Of a stretch of DNA of 64,000 nt, positions 57,551 to 64,000 are shown in pieces (position 1 is the first letter of the stretch; each line of letters begins with the position of its first letter). This DNA is from Ranitomeya imitator (taxonomy: Eukaryota): positions 313,100,001-313,164,000 of the forward strand of contig NC_091283.1 in NCBI RefSeq assembly GCF_032444005.1. Reading direction: 5' to 3'. The translations under genes and the position numbers were made by a program. Below the pieces are notes generated by a model. That model was not told the origin of the DNA. It worked only from the letters and a program-made list of their open reading frames with translations, and did no database searches.

Positions 57551-57973
57551 ATGGTCAGTCAATGGACTGACTTTAATAAAAAATTAGAAAGCAAATTAAC
57601 CCCTATACAGATTAATGTGAAACAGAGGAAACGCGACAAATTTGTTCGCGACAAGATTGATTTTGATACGGGTCGCATTTTTAATTGGTCTAGCGCTAAA
57701 GAAAGCATTGGAGGAGGTAGATCTAATCCTCGGTGGAGAAAAAAGAGTGTTTATAAAAATCAGCACCAAAGAAGAGACTACTTGACCACAGAATCCGAAT
57801 CAAGCATGAGTGAAGGGGCTGGGATGTCCACCAGTTCGTTAGAGCTATTACCCACCACAAGCGATAATGTGAATATATCGACCCCTTTAGGAGGAAGATC
57901 AGGAGGGGTAGAAAGAAGAGAAGGTGGGAACAAACAACAAAAGAGGAAACATGTGGCTTGGAATCGGAAATAA
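57551..57973 (+). CDS. PLE upstream ORF (ORF1), C-terminal part
   Basis: QRKRDKFVRDKIDF...GRIFNW; overlaps the RT frame by ~105 nt. Confidence 0.7.
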   Translation: MVSQWTDFNKKLESKLTPIQINVKQRKRDKFVRDKIDFDTGRIFNWSSAKESIGGGRSNPRWRKKSVYKNQHQRRDYLTTESESSMSEGAGMSTSSLELLPTTSDNVNISTPLGGRSGGVERREGGNKQQKRKHVAWNRK

Positions 57974-60363
57974 GACAGAGCCCAGTAGCTGAAGATGCAG
58001 TGATCAATCTGTCCGATCATGTTCTGACTGCTGCACATTTATCATTATTATCCAAAGGTTTGGGGTATTGTATCCCACAAGACTTCGATATGACTGAATT
58101 TAAAATTGATTTATTTAAATCCATTCGGAAAATCCATCTGTTCAAATCTTTTATTAATAAAGTTGATATTGATACCGTGCCCGAAGGAGAAATCCCGTGC
58201 ACCATCGGCCCTTTGGGGTTTATGGCTGGGACGGGGTCCCTAGCAGATTTCAGAGAAGATGCTAGACTACTAATGGGTATTAATGAGGATACCAACGATA
58301 ATGATGAAATCAGTACCCCTTTTATAGGAGGAGTTCCATCTAAATTTATGCCACCAGTCTCTCCGGGCAATTTAGTGGATTTATTCGAGGCACAGGTTAT
58401 CAAAGATGTTGAAGCACTCATTTATCAGAAACCTCAGAAAAATCTAACAGTTGACGAAAATAAAGCAATGCGAGACATTTGTTCTTGGGAGGACACAGTT
58501 GTAAGAGCCGCTGACAAGGGGGGTAAAATAGTGTTGCTCTCCAGATCCTATTATGTCGCCGAAGCTGAAAGACAGTTGTTGAATAACGAAATTTATTTAC
58601 CATTAGCTAGTAGTCCGTTGGTAAAGTTCAAGACAGAATTAAGATCGCTTCTGAGAAGACATGTGGAAGCAGGAGTAATTACCCGTAGAAAAGCGGAAAG
58701 GTTGCTACCGGAGTACCCATCCAAACCCCACTGGTACCACATCCCTAAGGTGCACAAATCTGTTGTTCATCCACCGGGTCGACCAATCGTGGCTGGGATA
58801 GGGTCGCTCACTGAGCCCCTGTCCCAGTTCATCGATTGGTTACTTCGACCTTTACTGAAAGATGTTCCAGCATATTTAAAGGATACCAAGTCCTTTTTAG
58901 AATGTATTCAAAATTTTGAATGGCAGAAACATTATTCTCTTGCCTCAATTGATGTAGAAAGCCTTTACACTAAAATTCCCCAAAAAATGGGGGTGGAGGC
59001 TATTAGACAAATTTTGTGCACAACAGACAAAGGTCAAGAATTTATACAATTTGTCTGTGAGAGTTTAGAATTTATTCTCACACATAATGCGTTTATGTTT
59101 TTGGATGATTGGTATATTCAACAGGTGGGCACTGCGATGGGTACTCCGGTAGCGTGTACTTTTGCTAATTTGTTTTTGGCTTTATTCGAAGAGAAATATG
59201 TTTACTCGGATAGCAATGGTTTTTTATGTCACATTAAACTCTATCAGAGATATATCGATGACATAGTAGTGATCTGGGACAACACAGAGGAAAAGTTTAA
59301 TGAGTTTGTAAACCATCTGAATGTCAAAAATGAGATGAATATGGCGTTCACTTCGGTGTTTGGTGGACGCCGGTTGGAATTTTTGGACGTTCTTGTTGAG
59401 ATCAAACATGATGGAATTTGTACGTCTTTGTTTCGCAAACCTGTCGCGGCAAACACAATGATGCATTTTAACAGTTTTCACCCAGGACATGTGAAAAAAG
59501 CATTGCCTCGCAGCCAATTTTTGAGGGTAAGTAAAGTTAATAACACTGAGGAGGGTTTTCTATCACAGTCTGAAGAGATGTTACATAGATTTGAGCAAAG
59601 GGGATATCCACGTAAGTTACTGGAAACAGTTAAAAATGAGGTCACTGATGAGAGAAAGATGGATAAAAAGCAGTCGTTGTCTTGTCGCAAAAAGCAGACA
59701 GATAAGAGGTTCACCTTTTGTTTTGCGTTTAATAATATGGATCAGCAGATCAGATTGGCTATCAAAAAGAATTGGCACATTTTGGGTCGAGATAAAGACC
59801 TTATGGATGTAGTAGCAAGAGGTCCGGTGATAGCAAATAGACGCAGTGTCAGGCTAAAGGACAGGTTGGTCCAAAATCGCATTAAGAAACAGGGCCAAAG
59901 TTGGTTAAATACAATGATACCAAAGGGAAATTTCAAGTGCGGTCATTGCTCGTTTTGTAAACAACATATGTTAGATCGAGTATTACATATAGGAGCACTA
60001 GAACATACGGTGAAGGATTTCATCACATGTCGAACAGATCACGTTGTATATGTGATCTTTTGCCCGTGCAGATATTTCTACATAGGGAAAACGATTAGAC
60101 CGCTATATATCCGCTTTCGGGAACATTGTAGGTCTTTAGTAACAGGCAAAGGAGTGCCGCGTTTAATTACCCATATGAAAGAACAGCATGGAGGGAGGGC
60201 GGATACAATGACCTTTGCTGGTATTGAAAAGGTTAATTTACTTACCAAGGGGGGAGATCTAAATGGTTTGCTTCTACAATGCGAGGCCAGATGGATCATG
60301 CGTAGCAACGCCACGGGTCCGTTGGGGTTTAATGATAGAGTGGATTTATCCATCTTCTTATAG
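57958..60363 (+). CDS. PLE RT plus GIY-YIG endonuclease, intact (frame open from 57868; the track start is TTG)
   Basis: Same motifs; about 6 amino-acid differences from 46911-49316. Confidence 0.93.
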   Translation: MESEIRQSPVAEDAVINLSDHVLTAAHLSLLSKGLGYCIPQDFDMTEFKIDLFKSIRKIHLFKSFINKVDIDTVPEGEIPCTIGPLGFMAGTGSLADFREDARLLMGINEDTNDNDEISTPFIGGVPSKFMPPVSPGNLVDLFEAQVIKDVEALIYQKPQKNLTVDENKAMRDICSWEDTVVRAADKGGKIVLLSRSYYVAEAERQLLNNEIYLPLASSPLVKFKTELRSLLRRHVEAGVITRRKAERLLPEYPSKPHWYHIPKVHKSVVHPPGRPIVAGIGSLTEPLSQFIDWLLRPLLKDVPAYLKDTKSFLECIQNFEWQKHYSLASIDVESLYTKIPQKMGVEAIRQILCTTDKGQEFIQFVCESLEFILTHNAFMFLDDWYIQQVGTAMGTPVACTFANLFLALFEEKYVYSDSNGFLCHIKLYQRYIDDIVVIWDNTEEKFNEFVNHLNVKNEMNMAFTSVFGGRRLEFLDVLVEIKHDGICTSLFRKPVAANTMMHFNSFHPGHVKKALPRSQFLRVSKVNNTEEGFLSQSEEMLHRFEQRGYPRKLLETVKNEVTDERKMDKKQSLSCRKKQTDKRFTFCFAFNNMDQQIRLAIKKNWHILGRDKDLMDVVARGPVIANRRSVRLKDRLVQNRIKKQGQSWLNTMIPKGNFKCGHCSFCKQHMLDRVLHIGALEHTVKDFITCRTDHVVYVIFCPCRYFYIGKTIRPLYIRFREHCRSLVTGKGVPRLITHMKEQHGGRADTMTFAGIEKVNLLTKGGDLNGLLLQCEARWIMRSNATGPLGFNDRVDLSIFL

Positions 60364-60638
60364 TAAAAGTTTCATCAGCAGATGAGATCTCACTATATAT
60401 TCAGCAGCATTAGAGCTCCCAACAATTAGCAAAAAAGTTACCTTGTATCATTCGCTGTAAGCCAAATATATTGCGATTTCGGCGCTTTCATGTATTTTCA
60501 TGTATTTTGCATTTGATCTATGTTTTTTTAAATGTGCTTTTAAATGTATTGTTTTTATGAGCGGGAGGGGCGGGCAGCTGAAGAGGGGAGGTGCAGCTTT
60601 GTCTGCGCTATATTTCCGCTGCCTCACCTGATCGCTGA

Positions 60639-60683
60639 TGGACCCGTAGAAGCGCAGGCACAGCGCGAAATGGCCGTCGTCCA
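60639..60683 (+). ncRNA. Hammerhead-ribozyme-like motif in the PLE pLTR (palindrome mutated in this copy)
   Basis: TGGAC-CCGTAGA-A-GCGC-AGGCACA-GCGC-GAAA-TGGCCGT-C-GTCCA. Confidence 0.55.
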
Positions 60684-60966
60684 GACGCTCCCCTGCTCAC
60701 ACAAGCTGTACCGCTGTAGGTTCCGGCTATGATTTTTATGTGAAGATCTTGTTAATAAAGTATCGAATCCTGTGAAGATTGGTGAGTGCCCTTATTTCTT
60801 CTCATCTATGGACTGTATGGTTTTCTTGTAAAAGGAGCACCCGAGTCAGGAGGTCGATAGCTGTGGTTCTTTGTGTCTGATCAGCACGCTGTCTATATCG
60901 GTGGAGACTCTATGCTGTGGACAAGCTGTGCCACCCGTAATTTTTCTTTATTTTCTTATAGATCCA

Positions 60967-61089
60967 GTGATAGTCCTTCAGATCCTGGTTATTGTGATGT
61001 ACCTTGGACTGTGCTTAGTTTACCGGAGGTTAAAGAGACTTGCCGACCAGATACAAGAAAACCAGACAGGAGTGCATGAATGCAACTGA
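60967..61089 (+). pseudogene. env: env transmembrane and cytoplasmic remnant, right half
   Basis: VIVLQILVIVMYLGLCLVYRRLKRL...*: hydrophobic span then basic stop-transfer; in frame with 45062-45307 across the TSD. Confidence 0.65.
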
Positions 61090-61571
61090 CGAAGTTGCCT
61101 CAACTCTGTCCTGAACACCCAGAGCATTGTAACTATTGTTTACTGTAGATGTGTTGGGTAGGGAGGTATGAACATTTATTTTTGGGTTTTCTTGTGTGAA
61201 TGGGGGAAGAAAGAGTAAGGTTCTTTAGGGACAGGTCCGCTCACCTTCTAAGGTATTTGCCACTTTAACCCTAGCAATGGTGAAGTTCGTAAGAGATGAA
61301 TTGAATGTCGGTTTGAATTAGACGGTGTTCTTTCCCGCAGTTAACTTAGGTATTGTGACATCACTGCCTACTTAAGAAATTCTGACCTGCTTAGTAAAGA
61401 TTTGCATATCTATCCATGGAGGAACCTCAACAACGATCTTCAATCAAGACTACAGGAGAAGTGCCTGATGGAAGTAGCGTCTGATGCATGTCTGATGAAA
61501 GTTGTTTCCAGTGCCTGAGTCCGCGAGGCCCCCCCCCAAAAAAAAAACCTGTGACATCCAGCAGTCTCATC

Positions 61572-61907
61572 ATGCCAGACATACTCAAAATCCTGCTGAA
61601 TCAAGCTATAGGAGAGTTACGTGAAGTCTGGCAGGGTGGCGGGTGCACACAGGATGATGTTGACTGACCTATGGACTGTGAGGGTGAAGCTGTTCCAGAG
61701 TCTGACCAGTCACAAATGGAGAAAGATGGCTTTGGGATAGGCGGATACCTGAGGATTGACAATGACATGAATGCACAAAAGACCGGAACAAAGAGACTGA
61801 AGACTGCAATAAGACTCCAAGAAAGAAGAAGGTGTACTCTGTGGATGGAAATGTTGGGTTACGGTGAATGGCAGGGAAGAGATGATGACTGCGTGGATGA
61901 TGTCTAG
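61572..61907 (+). pseudogene. Possible retroviral accessory ORF downstream of env (one internal TGA)
   Basis: MPDILKILLNQAIGELREVWQGGGCTQDDVD*PMDCEG...DDV*; purine tract AAGGGGGATGGAAGAAGGGAAG follows at ~62033. Confidence 0.3.
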
Positions 61908-62097
61908 GTACCTAAGTGCAGAATTATGCTTCATTCCATCCTGAACTGTCACTAGTTATAATTGGGGCTGAGTAGGCAAATAAATCCCAGCACAACACTT
62001 CCCTCAAATTTCATTGTCGTGTCCTCGACAACAAGGGGGATGGAAGAAGGGAAGTGCCCCAGGTTGTACATTTATTTATGTATTTGCATGCTAGCAC

Positions 62098-62148
<51 letters not shown>
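62098..62148. repeat. (TA)n microsatellite
   Basis: Direct reading. Confidence 0.9.
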
Positions 62149-62152
<4 letters not shown>

Positions 62153-63012
62153 TTCCCCATAATAAAATATTCCCCCTTATAATGTCCCCATATGTGGCAA
62201 TGTATCCCCCTTATGCAATACAGACAAGCCCTGGACAGAAATGTTTGGGCATGTCAAAAGAAGATGGTCATCTGTTGTTTGTGGCTATATGCTGACATGG
62301 TTAATTACCATGTCAGTAGGTGGCCACACTATCACGACAAAAGGATCAATGAGCTCCTTTGTTCTGCAACAGGGGTCCGGGCACCAGCGCTGATATAAGC
62401 ACTTCAAAGCGCCCCACTGCCATGTCAGGGTGCGAGCAGGGACATGCTTGTGAAGGGATTGTAAAGTTCACATGTTGTGCTTGTGTGCAGGCGGGGGGGA
62501 TGATGGCCAAACGGGAGCGCGCCCCACAGGATCGTAAATATCAAGGGGTGGCTCTCGGTCCCTCTCTCTTTTCCTACCCCCTGCCACAGAGTCCCCGTCC
62601 TCTTTTCTTCTGTTCCAGTCCCACGTGTCCCCTTCCAGCCCCATGTGTCCTCTCCAGCATCAGCCCTGTTGCTGTTCTCCTCTGTTTCATAGTTCCCCTG
62701 TTCTCCGCGTCTACCCAGAGCAGCACCCTTTGCTACTCACCTCCCTCACTCACCACATGTCTCCGCTGACTGCTTTTCCTGCAGCCAGCTTCAGCTTGGC
62801 ACCCTCCACAGCAACCTGCTCTATATCTCTCAACCACCAAGGAGCTGCAGGATTGGCTAAGTATCACAATTAACCCTTTATCTCCCATAGGGATAGTAAT
62901 AGCTGGGTGAGCTGTAATTAATGTGTGTATGTTTTAGTTAAGTGGGTGGGAAGGATAATTAGGATATTGGGTTTATTTTTATTAGTATTGTGTATTATTG
63001 TATACGGTGTTA

Positions 63013-63210
63013 GGGCTTGTTTCCACTTGCGAGAAACACGTCCATGTCTCGCATGTGAAAACCAAGCTGCGACGCCGGCACTCCAGAGCGGAGCATGCAG
63101 CTGCATAGCAACACATGGAGCCGCACGCTCTGCTCTGGAGTGCCGGTGCCAGAGCTTGGTTTTCACATGCGAGACACGGACGTGTTTTTCTCGCAAGTGG
63201 AAACAAGCCC
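63013..63210. mobile_element. PIF/Harbinger-type palindromic MITE (198 bp)
   Basis: TTA|GGGCTTGTTTCCACTTGCGAGAAA...TCTCGCAAGTGGAAACAAGCCC|TTA. Confidence 0.9.
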
Positions 63211-63409
63211 TTAGTGTGATAATTTAGTAGCATATAACTGTAGATGTGTGTGTAATAAATACCTTTTATTGATATACTTGTTTTGTCTCAGTTAGTCGCC
63301 GTTGTAGAATATAGTACATAGGAATCTGATTAGTATCAGGTCAGGTAGTAGCCAAATATTCATTATTAATAGTTGAGCCTGACATTAATAATTAATATAC
63401 GGTATACCG

Positions 63410-64000
63410 CCCTGTAACATCTTCACAATGCAATAAGTAAAAAAAACTGTTTTTAAAAATATAAAAAAAATAAAAGTTCAAATTACCCCCCTTTGCTTCA
63501 TTAAAAATAAAATAATAACAAAATAAATAACAAACATACACATATTTGTTATTGCTGCTTTCAGAATCGCCCGATCTATCAATATAGAAAAAGAATTAAC
63601 CTGATTGCTAAACGGCGTAATCATGAAGTCAAAAAGGCAGAATTATGGTTTTTTTGGTCGCCACAACATTGCATTAATATGCAATAATGGGCGATCAAAA
63701 GATCGTAACTTCACCAAAATAGTACTCATAAAAAATGTCAGCTCAGCACACAAAACATAAGCCCTCACCCAACCTGAGATCATGAAAAATGGAGACGCTA
63801 CGGGTATCGGAAAATGGCGCAATATTTTGTAACAAACGGAATTTTTTTTCAACACTTTAAGCAAAAAGAAGCTAGACATATTTGGTGTCTATGAACTCTT
63901 AATGACCTGGAACATCATAATGGCAGGTCAGTTTTAACATTTTTTGCAATTTCACTGCACTTGGATTTTTTTTCTCATTTTACAGTACACGTTATGTTAA
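63410..64000 (-). mobile_element. Fragment of the same TTAA MITE family as 29649-30932, opposite orientation
   Basis: AAAATGGAGACGCTACGGGTATCGGAAAATGGCGCAA is the near reverse complement of ~30045-30082. Confidence 0.75.

Larger units (their letters stand above)
45308..60951. mobile_element. Neptune-type Penelope-like element concatemer with internal inversion, flanked by a 15-bp TSD
   Basis: TTTCTTATAGATCCA at 45293-45307 and 60952-60966; minus-strand tandem arm 45308-57550 and plus-strand arm 57551-60951. Confidence 0.9.

Noticed and set aside
57717-57890. Intron from GGAG|GTAGAT to CCCCTTTAG| as the ORF1-RT joining mechanism
   Set aside because: The donor is phase 1 but the acceptor needs phase 2, so this pair does not fuse the frames; other splice pairs are not excluded.
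57958-57960. ORF-track start of the 801-aa RT protein
   Set aside because: It is a TTG, and the frame is open 90 nt further upstream; not a credible initiation site on its own.

Overview
Eukaryotic (very probably anuran amphibian; inferred from the TE families and TTA/TTAA MITE types) genomic window made almost entirely of nested transposable elements, with one assembly gap (26037-26357). From left to right: decayed CR1/Tc1/L2 pieces and MITEs; a truncated Ngaro/DIRS-type tyrosine-recombinase retroelement; a 5'-truncated CR1; a near-complete chromodomain Ty3/Gypsy element (Tf1/sushi group, 819-bp LTRs, self-priming signature); a Tc1 (DD34E, IR/DR) transposon killed by one nonsense codon; two minisatellites; a large TTAA (piggyBac-like) non-autonomous element carrying telomere-like repeats; remnants of a class III/lokiretrovirus-like endogenous retrovirus (gag, pol with tether plus second RNase H, env C-terminus, possible accessory ORF); and an intact L2 LINE with a 2A-like motif. 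The env remnant is split by a 15.6-kb, 15-bp-TSD-flanked, head-to-head concatemer of a Neptune-type Penelope-like element (PLE), into which a full-length intact CR1 later inserted. The most novel-looking signal is in the PLE: its RT/GIY-YIG frame has no nearby AUG, overlaps an upstream ORF in the -1 frame, and opens 15 nt before a correctly phased C CCU UUA slippery heptamer, suggesting programmed -1 ribosomal frameshifting. Its pLTR also carries a hammerhead-like motif with a non-canonical core. A few exon-like blocks on the minus strand may belong to an unidentified host gene or pseudogene. All homology calls are from motif recognition by eye; no database search was run.
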